DNA of 64,000 nucleotides from positions 4,878-68,877 of the forward strand of contig JBJXDR010000113.1 in assembly GCA_046155245.1 (NCBI GenBank), read 5' to 3'. Positions 27,327-37,149 of the stretch are shown here, in pieces. A program made the translations under genes and the position numbers. The notes under the pieces are model-generated. The model was given only the letters and a program-made list of their open reading frames with translations, was not told the DNA's origin and did not search any database. This stretch comes from Rhodoglobus sp. Lineage in GTDB: Bacteria; Actinomycetota; Actinomycetes; Actinomycetales; Microbacteriaceae. Position 1 is the first letter of the stretch, and each line of letters starts with the position of its first letter.

Positions 27327-28211
27327 ATGCCTCGGGACACGCAGGGACACCTCGTTCCCGGGCTGGTTTCCCCCCGCCGCCCCGTGCCGCAGGCCATCTC
27401 GCGGCCTGAGTACGTGGATCGGCCGGAGCCCGCGCGATACACCGGGACGAACGTCTACACTTCCGCCGAGGTCGAGCGCATCCGCACCGCGGGCCGCATC
27501 GCCGCGCTGGCTGTCGAGGCGGTGGGCGCGAGCATCAGGCCGGGCGTCACGACCGAGCAGTTGGATGCGATCGCCCACGAGTTTCTCGTCGCCCACGACG
27601 CCTACCCCTCGACTCTCGGCTACCGCGGGTTCCCTAAGTCGTGCTGCACGAGCATCAATGAGGTCGTGTGTCACGGAATCCCGGATGACACCGTGCTCGT
27701 CGAGGGCGACATCGTGAACGTCGACATCACGGCCTTTGTGGATGGCATGCACGGCGATCTGAACCGAACCTTCGCCGTTGGTGACGTCGCCCCGGAGGTG
27801 GCGGCGTTGGTCGAGCGCACCGAAGAGGCGCTGAATCGGGGAATCAAGGCGGTTGCGCCGGGCCGTGAGGTCAATGTGATCGGTCGCGCGATCGAGTCCT
27901 ATGCGCGTCGTTTCGGCTACGGCGTGGTTCGTGACTTCACGGGGCATGGCGTGGGGTCTGCCTTCCACACCGGCCTGATCGTTCCGCACTACGACTCTGC
28001 GCCGGCCTTCACCGACGTGATGGCGGCCGGCATGGTCTTCACGATCGAACCGATGCTCACGATCGGAACCCCCGCCACACCCGGGACCATTGCCTGGGAC
28101 CAGTGGCCCGACGACTGGACCGTCACCACCCGGGACAAGTCACTGACCGCCCAGTTCGAGCACACCCTCGTGGTGACCGAGCGAGGCGCAGACATTCTCA
28201 CCCTCCCCTAG
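27327..28211 (+). CDS. map: Methionine aminopeptidase type I
   Basis: CTSINEVVCHGIP, GDIVNVDIT, GHGVG, FTIEPM, AQFEHT. Confidence 0.97.
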   Translation: MPRDTQGHLVPGLVSPRRPVPQAISRPEYVDRPEPARYTGTNVYTSAEVERIRTAGRIAALAVEAVGASIRPGVTTEQLDAIAHEFLVAHDAYPSTLGYRGFPKSCCTSINEVVCHGIPDDTVLVEGDIVNVDITAFVDGMHGDLNRTFAVGDVAPEVAALVERTEEALNRGIKAVAPGREVNVIGRAIESYARRFGYGVVRDFTGHGVGSAFHTGLIVPHYDSAPAFTDVMAAGMVFTIEPMLTIGTPATPGTIAWDQWPDDWTVTTRDKSLTAQFEHTLVVTERGADILTLP

Positions 28212-28225
28212 GAAAGTAGCGACAT

Positions 28226-28972
28226 ATGGCAAAGGCGCTTGGCATCGACATCGGCGGCACCGGGATCAAAGGTGCTCTCGTGGACACCGACACCGGTCAG
28301 CTACTCAGCGACCGCATCAAACTACCGACCCCCGCGGGTGGCCTGCCCAACGACATCGTCAAGACCGTCATCGAGCTGATCGCGAAGCTCGGCGGAGCAG
28401 ACGCGAGCGTGCCGGTGGGGATTTGCTTCCCGGCGATCGTCAAGCACGGGCGCACGATGTCGGCGGCGAACGTGTCTAAGAACTGGATCGGTCTGGAGGC
28501 CGAGAAACTCTTCGAGACGGCGCTCGGTCGAAACATCCATTTCGTCAACGATGCGGATGCCGCGGGCTACGCCGAAACCCGCTACGGTGCAGCCAAAGGG
28601 GTACCGGGCCTCGTCATACTTGCGACCCTCGGCACCGGAATCGGAACCGCGCTGATCTACAACGGTGTTCTGATCCCCAACGCCGAGCTCGGACACATCG
28701 AAATCCGGGGTCGCGATGCCGAGAGTCGCGCTTCATATTCTGCCAAGGAGCGCGGCCGCCTCAGTTGGAAACGGTGGGCAGCACGACTTCAGATCTACTT
28801 CACACGACTTGAGGCGCTGTTCTCTCCCGACCTCTTCATAGTGGGCGGTGGCGTCTCCAAGAACTACCAGGAGTTCCTGTCGATGCTGTCGCTGAAGACA
28901 CCGATAGTCCCCGCGGTGCATCGCAACAACGCGGGGATTCTCGGTGCGGCAGCCCTGGCCGTGGCCGACTGA
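28226..28972 (+). CDS. ppgK: Polyphosphate glucokinase (ROK family)
   Basis: Read on the + strand: GIDIGGTGIKGA, NDADAAG, TLGTGIG, NAELGH. Confidence 0.93.
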   Translation: MAKALGIDIGGTGIKGALVDTDTGQLLSDRIKLPTPAGGLPNDIVKTVIELIAKLGGADASVPVGICFPAIVKHGRTMSAANVSKNWIGLEAEKLFETALGRNIHFVNDADAAGYAETRYGAAKGVPGLVILATLGTGIGTALIYNGVLIPNAELGHIEIRGRDAESRASYSAKERGRLSWKRWAARLQIYFTRLEALFSPDLFIVGGGVSKNYQEFLSMLSLKTPIVPAVHRNNAGILGAAALAVAD

Positions 28973-28978
28973 GCCTGA

Positions 28979-29374
28979 CTACTCCTTAGTCAGGGTGAGC
29001 GTCCAGGTCGCGTCGCCCTGAACGCCGTCGAGGTCAATGGTGGAGGCGCCGTCAGAGTACGGTCCGGTCATCGTCGACGTGCCGTCCGTGAACTCGATCA
29101 CGATCGTGAGCTGGCCGCCTGAGAGAGCCCAAGTATCGGTCGCGTCGTCAAACTGGCTGTCGTTGTATGTGAAACCGACCGTGTTGTCGGCTTGGAAATC
29201 CATGAGCCAGACGTCACCATCGGAATCGGTTCCTCCCCAGGTCGTTCCAGCGAGGGAGGTGTCAGTGGCGGTGCTGCCACCACCTGTGATGGACGGGAGG
29301 CCGAAGCATCCAGTCAGGCTCACGAGGAGGGTCAGGACGACGGCAGCAAGGGCTGCGGGGCGGAGAGTTTTCAA
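28979..29374 (-). CDS. Putative lipoprotein
   Basis: TTG start, basic + hydrophobic signal, lipobox LTGC, beta-rich Thr/Asp mature part. Confidence 0.65.
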   Translation of the reverse strand: MKTLRPAALAAVVLTLLVSLTGCFGLPSITGGGSTATDTSLAGTTWGGTDSDGDVWLMDFQADNTVGFTYNDSQFDDATDTWALSGGQLTIVIEFTDGTSTMTGPYSDGASTIDLDGVQGDATWTLTLTKE

Positions 29375-29474
29375 AAGGCACAGTAGCGACGGCGGCCGGG
29401 CCGCCGCAACAGGCACCCAAGCCAAGGCTTGCCTGACTGGCAGGGATGCCCGAGGGGGGTGTTAGCTTGTCCGC

Positions 29475-30203
29475 ATGAGCATCCCTGACTCCCCCACCGG
29501 CCACGCCAACGAAGCTCACGGAAATGGGATAGCTCAGAAACTCAATTGGTTGCGTGCGGGCGTCCTCGGCGCGAATGACGGAATCGTGTCGGTCGCAGCC
29601 ATCGTGGTGGGTGTCGCTGGTGCTACGAGCGCCCTCGCACCGATTCTCACCGCCGGCGTCGCGGGACTCGTTGGTGGGGCTATATCAATGGCTCTCGGCG
29701 AGTATGTGTCGGTATCGAGCCAGAAGGACACCCAGCGCGCCCTGATCGCGAAGGAACGCCGCGAACTGGCCGAACAGCCCGAGGAGGAGCTCGCCGAGTT
29801 GGCGGGGCTGTTCGAGAGGAAGGGCCTGTCGGCGGCGACCGCACAACAAGTGGCCGTCGAGCTGACGGCTCATGACGCGCTCAGCGCCCATCTGGAGGTC
29901 GAGCTCGGCATCAACGAGCGAGATGTGGTGAGCCCGTGGCAGGCGGCCGGGGCATCCGCACTCGCCTTCTTCGTCGGCGCGCTGCTGCCGCTCGCCGCGA
30001 TCCTGCTGCCGCCGGAGGGCGCGCGCGTGCCCGTAACCTTCGCAGCAGTGCTGATCGCACTCGCCGGAACTGGCGCCCTGAGCGCGTGGGTTGGCGGCAG
30101 CCCGTGGCTTCGGCCCACCCTGCGCGTCGTCATCGGCGGCGCGATCGCGCTTGCCGCGACCTTCCTCATCGGAACATTGCTCGGTACCACCGGCGTGGTC
30201 TAG
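29475..30203 (+). CDS. VIT1/CCC1 family iron/manganese transporter
   Basis: LRAGVLGANDGIVS, SMALGEYVSVSSQ. Confidence 0.93.
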   Translation: MSIPDSPTGHANEAHGNGIAQKLNWLRAGVLGANDGIVSVAAIVVGVAGATSALAPILTAGVAGLVGGAISMALGEYVSVSSQKDTQRALIAKERRELAEQPEEELAELAGLFERKGLSAATAQQVAVELTAHDALSAHLEVELGINERDVVSPWQAAGASALAFFVGALLPLAAILLPPEGARVPVTFAAVLIALAGTGALSAWVGGSPWLRPTLRVVIGGAIALAATFLIGTLLGTTGVV

Positions 30204-30205
30204 CC

Positions 30206-30886
30206 ATGGCGAAGATCCTCGTCGTCGAGGACGATCCGACAATGGGGGCGCTCGTGCAGCGCGGCCTAACCGAGGAGGGGTATGAGGTGTCCCTCGTGGG
30301 CAACGGGGTCGACGCCCTCATCGCCGCAGCCAATGAGGATTTCAGTGCGGCAGCAATCGACGTGATGCTCCCCGAGATGACGGGATTCGAGATCTGCCGT
30401 CATCTGCGCCAGCGCGGCAGCACCCTTCCCGTGCTGCTGCTCACGGCCCGTGACGCCGTGGAGGATCGTGTGTTCGGCCTCGACTCAGGAGCGGACGACT
30501 ATCTCACGAAGCCGTTCGCGTTCGCCGAGTTCAGCGCGCGCATCCGGGCCCTCGTGCGCCGCGATGCCGCGACCGCCAAGATCGCGCTCAAGGTGGGGAG
30601 GCTCGAACTCGACCCCATGTCGGTACGCGCGGTCGTCGCCGGGCGCCCTGTCGCCCTCAGCACCAAGGAATTCGCGCTGCTCAGCCTGCTGGTCTCCCGG
30701 GCGGGTGAGTCGCTGAGCCGCGTCGAGATACTGCAGGAGGTCTGGGGCACGACGAAGCACATCGACCAGACCATCGTCGACCAGTACGTCAGCTACCTCA
30801 GGCGCAAGCTCGACCCGGCCGACTCCGGCGTCACGATCGTCACAGTGCGGGGCGTGGGCTACCTGTTGCGCGAGGATGCGCCGTGA
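30206..30886 (+). CDS. OmpR-family response regulator
   Basis: ILVVEDD, DVMLP, LTAR, GADDYLTKPF, VRGVGY. Confidence 0.95.
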   Translation: MAKILVVEDDPTMGALVQRGLTEEGYEVSLVGNGVDALIAAANEDFSAAAIDVMLPEMTGFEICRHLRQRGSTLPVLLLTARDAVEDRVFGLDSGADDYLTKPFAFAEFSARIRALVRRDAATAKIALKVGRLELDPMSVRAVVAGRPVALSTKEFALLSLLVSRAGESLSRVEILQEVWGTTKHIDQTIVDQYVSYLRRKLDPADSGVTIVTVRGVGYLLREDAP

Positions 30887-32235
30887 TGTCCCGATTGTCG
30901 ATTCGTGCGCGCATCACCATCGGGAGCGTTCTGGCGGCCGCCGTACTTCTCTCGGTCGGGCTGTGGCTGGTGCGCGCGCAGGTCAACAGCATTCTGACCG
31001 GAACTAACGCCGTGCTCGCCGAGGGCGACCTGGTCTCGTTCGAGAAGGACATCCTTGCGAACCCGGACGAGCCCGTCGACGACCCGGGCACGGGCGTACT
31101 CGTGTTCGTTCGGGCACCCGACGGCGAGCGGCAGGTGGACACGCTTCCCGAGTTCCTGCACGGTGTCGTGGAGCGCCGGGACGGTGCCGACGAGCAGTTC
31201 ACGGCGCAGGACGACGGTGAGTCCTTCGTTGTCGTGGGCCGCGTGGTTACGACGAGCGCGGGCGACTGGTCACTGTGGGCCGCTCGCAGCGAAACCGCGA
31301 GTCAGCTCGCGCTCGAGTCTCTCGACCGCCTGCTCGTGATCGGCGGCCTCGTGCTGCTAACGGGCTTTGGGATCGCGTCGTGGTTGCTGGCCTCGGCTGC
31401 CTTACACCCGGTGCGGCAGATGCGCGAGCGGGCCGAAACTCTGGGAGCCCAGAACAGCGACGACGGGCTGCCGGTCGGGCCCGCTCAGGATGAGTTGGCC
31501 AAGCTCGCGACTACCCTCAACGAGTTCATCCGGCGCGTGCGGTCCTCGGCCGCTCGGGAGAAACGAATGGTGTCGGATGCCGCGCACGAGTTGCGCACCC
31601 CGCTCGCGGCGCTGCGCACCCAGCTCGAACTCGCGCACGACGACTTCGGCGACGCGGAGGCCCTCGCCGCTCAGGTGACGGCGGCCGAGGCATCCGTCGC
31701 GCATCTCTCGTCGCTCGCGACCAATCTGCTCGAGCTCTCCCGCCTCGAGTCCAGCGAGCGTACGGCCGGATCCGCGACGACTCGCGAGCTTGTCGAGCAA
31801 CTCATGGGCTCGATCGACCGGGCACGGATGCTCGGCCTCGCCAAGCACGCCGACATCGGTTTCGAGCTGCTCGACACCGACCAGCAGCAGCACTACGCCC
31901 TCGATCCGCAGGGCTTCGGACGCATCGCCGACAACCTGCTCGCGAATGCCGTCGCGGCCATCGATCCCGGGGGAAGCGTTACCGCGACTGTGCAGCAAAC
32001 AGCGTCAGGCATCGTTCTGCAGGTAAGCGACTCGGGGCACGGTATGGACGAGACGTTCCTCCCGCGCGCGTTCGAGCGGTTCACGCGACCCGACGACTCC
32101 CGGAGCGCGGCGACCGGAGGCAGCGGACTGGGACTGGCTCTCGTGAAGGCGATCGCGTCGGCGGCGGGCGGAACAGCAGCGGCCGAAAACACGCACCCGG
32201 GCCTTACCGTGAGCGTGAGCATCCCGAGCATGTGA
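30883..32235 (+). CDS. Sensor histidine kinase (HAMP, HisKA, HATPase)
   Basis: DAAHELRTPL, NLLANA, DSGHG, GGSGLGL. Confidence 0.95.
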   Translation: MMSRLSIRARITIGSVLAAAVLLSVGLWLVRAQVNSILTGTNAVLAEGDLVSFEKDILANPDEPVDDPGTGVLVFVRAPDGERQVDTLPEFLHGVVERRDGADEQFTAQDDGESFVVVGRVVTTSAGDWSLWAARSETASQLALESLDRLLVIGGLVLLTGFGIASWLLASAALHPVRQMRERAETLGAQNSDDGLPVGPAQDELAKLATTLNEFIRRVRSSAAREKRMVSDAAHELRTPLAALRTQLELAHDDFGDAEALAAQVTAAEASVAHLSSLATNLLELSRLESSERTAGSATTRELVEQLMGSIDRARMLGLAKHADIGFELLDTDQQQHYALDPQGFGRIADNLLANAVAAIDPGGSVTATVQQTASGIVLQVSDSGHGMDETFLPRAFERFTRPDDSRSAATGGSGLGLALVKAIASAAGGTAAAENTHPGLTVSVSIPSM

Positions 32236-32300
32236 GAACTCTCACGCTGGGGGGCGCGCACTCAGAGCAACCGCATAGCTCGCCGGAGCACTGTTGTGAC

Positions 32301-33731
32301 ATGACCACTCAGGCCCCGGCGTCGACGATCCCGGCAGCAACCCGCTCAGCTGGATCGCGCCCGCCGCGCATCGACCGCCGGCTCCAGTTCGCGCGACGGT
32401 CTCGCCGCGCCGACTTGCTCGTGACTCTGCTCTGGGCGTCGGGTGCCGCGGCCGCGGCCCTGTACCTCGCATCGGGCGGAGCTGCCCTGCTGACCTCTCC
32501 CGCCGCGATTGTCACGGGACTCGGCATCGTTCTCGGCCTGATCGGCACCGACTTCATCCTCGTGATGCTCGTGCTTGCCGCGCGCATCCCGCTGTTGGAT
32601 AGTACGATCGGCCACGATCGAGCGGTTGCCATCCACCGCAGACTCGGAAAGCCCGCCCTGTACCTGATTCTTGCCCACGCCGTGCTGCTGCTGATCGGCT
32701 ACGGAATGAGCACCGGCCTTAATCCGATCGCCGAGATCGGTCCCATGCTCACCCTGCCCGACATGCCGCTCGCCTTCATCGGCACCGGTCTGCTGATCGC
32801 GGTGGTGGTGACCTCGCTCGTCGCCGTGCGCCGCAAGTTCAGCTATGAGGGCTGGCACCTCGTGCACCTGCTGAGCTATGTGGCGGTCGCCTTCGCACTA
32901 CCCCACCAGCTCAGCGTCGGCGGAGTTCTCGCGGAAGGCACGGCGCAGCGCGTGTACTGGATCGCCCTCTACGTGCTCGCATTCGGGTCGATCCTCACCT
33001 TCCGTTTCGTCGAACCGATCGTCGCGAGCCTGCGTCACCGCATCACGGTTACCGGGGTCACTCAGGTCGCACCCGGCGTGACCTCGATCCACCTCCGCGG
33101 CTCGAAGTTGCGCTCGCTGGTCACAGCAGGTGGCCAGTTCTTCATCTGGCGCTTCTGGACCGGTCGCACCTGGTGGCACTCGCACCCGATCTCGCTCTCC
33201 GCAGTACCGACCGACACGACCGCGCGTATCACCGTGCGCGATCTCGGGGCCGGTAGCCGGCGTATCAGCACCGTGCCCGCGGGCACGAGGGTGTCGATCG
33301 AGGGACCTTACGGACTGTTCACGGATGCCGCCCGCACTGCCCCGAAGATGGCCATCGTGGCCGCGGGTGTCGGAGTCACCCCGGTGCGAGCTCTCCTCGA
33401 GCACGCCAACATCGCTCCTGGAGAGGCGACGGTGTTGCTGCGCGCAAGCAACGACGACGAGACCTACCTGTGGGACGAAGTGCGGGCCATCGCGGCAGCC
33501 AAGGACGTGCGTCTCTACACGATGGTGGGCCGACGATCACCGGTTGGTCCGTCGTGGATGCCCGAAGAGGATGCTCGGCGCGGCGTCACGCTGCGCAACA
33601 TCTTGCCCGACCTCGCCGACTCCGACCTCTACCTCTGTGGCCCGACAACATGGCTTGACCTCGTCGAGGACGACGCCCGAGTTCTCGGGCTGCCAGAGCA
33701 CCAGATCCACGCAGAAAGGTTCGACTGGTGA
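32301..33731 (+). CDS. Ferric-reductase-like transmembrane flavocytochrome (heme TM + FAD + NAD(P)H domains)
   Basis: Four TM His (IHRR, AHAV, VHLL, PHQL), HPISLS, AAGVGVTP, YLCGP. Confidence 0.9.
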   Translation: MTTQAPASTIPAATRSAGSRPPRIDRRLQFARRSRRADLLVTLLWASGAAAAALYLASGGAALLTSPAAIVTGLGIVLGLIGTDFILVMLVLAARIPLLDSTIGHDRAVAIHRRLGKPALYLILAHAVLLLIGYGMSTGLNPIAEIGPMLTLPDMPLAFIGTGLLIAVVVTSLVAVRRKFSYEGWHLVHLLSYVAVAFALPHQLSVGGVLAEGTAQRVYWIALYVLAFGSILTFRFVEPIVASLRHRITVTGVTQVAPGVTSIHLRGSKLRSLVTAGGQFFIWRFWTGRTWWHSHPISLSAVPTDTTARITVRDLGAGSRRISTVPAGTRVSIEGPYGLFTDAARTAPKMAIVAAGVGVTPVRALLEHANIAPGEATVLLRASNDDETYLWDEVRAIAAAKDVRLYTMVGRRSPVGPSWMPEEDARRGVTLRNILPDLADSDLYLCGPTTWLDLVEDDARVLGLPEHQIHAERFDW

Positions 33732-34204
33732 GAACACGCGCCGTGATCGGAAGCATCTTCGCGTCGCTCGGCGTGCTGGTGGTGGGCTGGCAGGCCGGCA
33801 ACTCCGCGGTGACGTCAACGACGGTGACCCAGCCCCCGTCGACGACAACCACGACCACGAGCGGGACGGGCACCTCGAGCGGGGCGACCACGCCGACAAC
33901 TCCTGCGGCTCCCGCCGCGGGAGCGGCAGACGGCACCTATACCGGATCGACCGTCAACACGCGATTCGGTCCGGTGCAGGTGCAGGTCACTCTCTCGGGC
34001 GGCACGATCACCGATGTGACAGCACCCCAGCTGACCAACGCGGATGGCCGCTCGGTGCAGATCAGCAATTACGCGGCTCCCATTCTGGCGAGCGAGGTGA
34101 AGGCGTCGCAGTCCGCACAGGTGTCCACCGTAGGTGGAGCCACGTACACGACCCGCGCGTATCTGCAGTCCCTGCAGTCCGCGCTAGACCAGGCCGGGTT
34201 CTGA
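33728..34204 (+). CDS. Exported FMN-binding domain protein
   Basis: N-terminal anchor, Thr-rich linker, TRFGPVQVQV, VSTVGGATYT flavinylation-like motif. Confidence 0.88.
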   Translation: MRTRAVIGSIFASLGVLVVGWQAGNSAVTSTTVTQPPSTTTTTTSGTGTSSGATTPTTPAAPAAGAADGTYTGSTVNTRFGPVQVQVTLSGGTITDVTAPQLTNADGRSVQISNYAAPILASEVKASQSAQVSTVGGATYTTRAYLQSLQSALDQAGF

Positions 34205-34926
34205 TGCGCCGCACCTTCGAGACCATGGGAACCGTGGCATCCGTCGACGGCATCGACGAGCCCACCCTCGCAGCCGTGCGCGACATCTTCACCACGGCAG
34301 ATGAGCGCTTCAGTCTGTACCGCCCGGACTCCGAGTTGAGCCGAGTCGCCTCGGGAGAGTTGACCTTGCCCGAGTGCTCCGTCCAGGTGCGCGACGCCTA
34401 CGCTGATGCCCTCGCATTCAGTTCTCTCACGTCGGGAGCCTTCACCCCTCACCGCTGGGACGGCGTCATCGACCTCAACGGCATCGTGAAGGCGCAGGCG
34501 ATGCAGAAGGCGGGTGGTCTGATTCACTCGAGCGGATGTCGCGACTGGAGCCTCAACGTCGGTGGTGACATCCTCGTCGGTGGGCACGCGCCGCACACGA
34601 CCGGAATCGTGGATCCCTTCGATTCGGGAACCCTGCTGTGTGCGATCGACTTCATCGCGCCGCGCGTTGCGATGGCGACCTCCGGTAGTGCCGAGCGTGG
34701 TGATCACATTTGGCTTGCGGGTGCGACCGGTCCAGCCGAGTACGTCCAGGTGAGCGTTGTCGGCAACGACATCATCACGGCCGACGTTCTCGCGACGGCG
34801 ATAGTCGCGGGCGGGCGATCCGCCCTCGACGAGGTGACGGCGCGGTGGGACGTGGACGTGATCGCGGTAGCTCGCGACGGCTCCATGCTCGCGACCCCGG
34901 GCATCCGAACCGCTCTGGCCGCGTAA
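34204..34926 (+). CDS. apbE: FAD:protein FMN transferase
   Basis: MGT, FSLYRPDSELS, DLNGIVK, GGDI, ATSGSAERG.H, ADVLATA. Confidence 0.9.
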   Translation: MRRTFETMGTVASVDGIDEPTLAAVRDIFTTADERFSLYRPDSELSRVASGELTLPECSVQVRDAYADALAFSSLTSGAFTPHRWDGVIDLNGIVKAQAMQKAGGLIHSSGCRDWSLNVGGDILVGGHAPHTTGIVDPFDSGTLLCAIDFIAPRVAMATSGSAERGDHIWLAGATGPAEYVQVSVVGNDIITADVLATAIVAGGRSALDEVTARWDVDVIAVARDGSMLATPGIRTALAA

Positions 34927-34933
34927 TCAGTTG

Positions 34934-35494
34934 CTACTGAGCGACGCTGATCGAGCCGATCACGCTCGCAATGCTGCCGATGAGAGCGACCAGCCCCACG
35001 AGCACTGACAGTGATCCGGTGCCGAGACCGATCAGTGCCATGGTCATGAGCGTCGTTGGCGCGCCCTGGGCCTTGAGTTGGCGGGCTCGCGCGATTCCCA
35101 TGATCGAGAAGACAATGGCGAGGGGCGCGAGCAGGAATAGCAGGTTGAAGAACACCGAGATGATGCCGGTGATGAACCCATAGAACGCGTACTTGTTGAC
35201 CTGTACGTCGACGTTGCGGCCGGGTGTCGCGTTGATGACCGCCCCGGTCCAGACCACGGAGCGTGCCGCGCCGTAGGGATCAGGACGCTGTGGCGCGGGG
35301 TTGGCCGCGGAGTAGATCACTGGCGCCGGCACTGGCGCCGGCACTGGCACCGGCACTGCCACGGGCGCGGGCACTGCCACCGAAGCTGCTCCGCCCCGAC
35401 GCGAGTCGCTCCAGCCCGCGCCGTTCCACCAGCGCTCGCCCGATGCGCCATCGGGGTCCGCATACCAGCCCGCTCGCTTGCTCTCGTCGGCCAT
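34934..35494 (-). CDS. DUF2510/DUF4190 membrane protein
   Basis: AGWYADP...RWWNGAGWS N-terminus, VPAP repeats, two C-terminal TM helices. Confidence 0.85.
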   Translation of the reverse strand: MADESKRAGWYADPDGASGERWWNGAGWSDSRRGGAASVAVPAPVAVPVPVPAPVPAPVIYSAANPAPQRPDPYGAARSVVWTGAVINATPGRNVDVQVNKYAFYGFITGIISVFFNLLFLLAPLAIVFSIMGIARARQLKAQGAPTTLMTMALIGLGTGSLSVLVGLVALIGSIASVIGSISVAQ

Positions 35495-35520
35495 GCGCAT
35501 CAGTCTAGGGAGGCGAAGGA

Positions 35521-35910
35521 GGAATGGGCCGGCTGATACGCCGGGTTCTGTCCCGGTGCCAGTGGCACCATCGACGGCCATCTATCTGGGGACTACGTTG
35601 CCGCAGCCCTCTAGCGGTCTACCCGGGAACTTGGCGAGCAGCCTTTATAACGTTCCCTGTCTGACCTTGCTCCGGACGAGGTTTGCCTAGCCGACCACGT
35701 CACCGCGGCCGCTGGTGGTCTCTTACACCACCGTTTCACCCTTACCTCCGAACCGCGCGTCTTTCGACGACAGTCCGACGGCGGTCTGCTTTCTGTTGCA
35801 CTGTTCTCGCGGGTTGCCCCGGGTGGGTGTTGCCCACCGTCCTGCTCTGCGGAGCCCGGACGTTCCTCGACGCTCTTGCGAGCGCCGCGACCGTCTTGCC
35901 GACCCATTCG
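35521..35910 (-). ncRNA. rnpB: RNase P RNA (type A)
   Basis: Minus strand has GAGGAACGTCCGGGCTC near the 5' end and ACAGAACCCGGCGTAT near the 3' end; ends pair (GAATGGG..CCCATTC); TAGGCT -10 upstream. Confidence 0.97.
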
Positions 35911-35920
35911 ACTGGTAAGC

Positions 35921-36349
35921 CTACTCCGGCGTGCCAATGTCCGAGCGCATGTCCATCGCGAGGTTGGCGAGCTTGTCGGCGCGCGAGTTCTGCAGCCGAG
36001 GAATCCACTCGAACTTCACCGGCGTTCCGATGAGGAGTTCGCGAGCCTGAGCCGCAAGGTCGGCCATATCGGGATGCTTGATCTTCCAGCGCCCCGACAT
36101 TTGCTCCACGACGAGCTTCGAGTCCATGCGGATGTGCAGCTCGGCGTCTGGGTCAATCCTGAGGGCTCGCCGCACACCGGCGATCATCGCCTTGTACTCG
36201 GCGACGTTATTGCTCGCGATTCCCCCGTACAGCCCGATCTCGGCGAGGATCTCGCCTGTGATGGGGTCGATGACCACGGCGCCGCTGCCCGATTGGCCGG
36301 GGTTACCGCGAGAACCGCCATCGGCCTCGATGAGCAATTCGCGGGCCAT
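35921..36349 (-). CDS. Ribonuclease HI domain protein (stand-alone)
   Basis: ADGGSRGNPG, NNVAEY, MDSKLVVEQM, NSRADKLAN. Confidence 0.93.
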   Translation of the reverse strand: MARELLIEADGGSRGNPGQSGSGAVVIDPITGEILAEIGLYGGIASNNVAEYKAMIAGVRRALRIDPDAELHIRMDSKLVVEQMSGRWKIKHPDMADLAAQARELLIGTPVKFEWIPRLQNSRADKLANLAMDMRSDIGTPE

Positions 36350-37089
36350 CACAGTCCCGACTCGTCGGTGCGTACGAGTATCGCGTCGCTCGACGGGCAG
36401 ATAAGAACGTCGTCGGGGGCGGCGTTACGAATCGTCGCGAGCTCGTCCTCGAGCAGTTTCACACCGGAGGCCAGCGATACGCCGCCGCGCAACAAGGATG
36501 CTCCCGTGCCATAGCGAGCGCGCTGCTTCTCGTACAGCGCCAGCAGGTCGCCGGGCACCTTGCTCTCGATCGTGCGCCGGCCCGCGGCAGCCGTAGTGCG
36601 CTCGGCCTCGAGGGCGGCCAGCGCGGCATCCCGGTCGCTCTCGACCGAACTCTGGCGGGCCAGCGCCTCATCCAGCTGCGCGACAGTCGCTGTGAGGGTG
36701 TGCTGGTGTTCGTCAAGCTTTTCCATCACGCTCAACTCGATCTCCTCGAGGTCGTCGAGCCGCTTGCGCAACGCTGCGAGCTCCTGCTCAAGGGCAGCGA
36801 CATCCTTCACCGATGAGCTCGCCTGCAGGCGCTCGCTGTCCCGGGTGATTCGCGCCTCAACGACCTGCACGTCGCTCTCGACCCGGCTGAGCTCAATCTG
36901 CACGTTCTCGACCAGGCCCTGCTGCTCAAGCCTGGCGCGGCGCAGCACGTCAACCTCCGTGGCGAGACCGCCCAGCGTCGCAAGCTCCGGCAGGCTCCGC
37001 GCCCGATGATCGAGCTGAGCGAGCTTGGTGTCGAGCGCTTGCAGGTCCAGCAGCAGTGTCTGGTGCTCGGGAGAAGCTTTCAGTGCCAT
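36349..37089 (-). CDS. Coiled-coil / C4 zinc-ribbon family protein (Rv2229c-like) with degenerate ribbon
   Basis: Long coiled coil, position between Nif3 and RNase H, only one Cys left in the ribbon. Confidence 0.85.
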   Translation of the reverse strand: MALKASPEHQTLLLDLQALDTKLAQLDHRARSLPELATLGGLATEVDVLRRARLEQQGLVENVQIELSRVESDVQVVEARITRDSERLQASSSVKDVAALEQELAALRKRLDDLEEIELSVMEKLDEHQHTLTATVAQLDEALARQSSVESDRDAALAALEAERTTAAAGRRTIESKVPGDLLALYEKQRARYGTGASLLRGGVSLASGVKLLEDELATIRNAAPDDVLICPSSDAILVRTDESGL

Positions 37090-37104
37090 CGTGTCCTCTG
37101 TTGG

Positions 37105-37149
37105 AGTGCTACCGCGTGCAGTGCTACCGCGTGCAGTGCTACTGCGTGA
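37105..37149. repeat. 15-bp tandem repeat x3 spanning the Nif3 stop codon
   Basis: AGTGCTACCGCGTGC x2 then AGTGCTACTGCGTGA. Confidence 0.9.
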
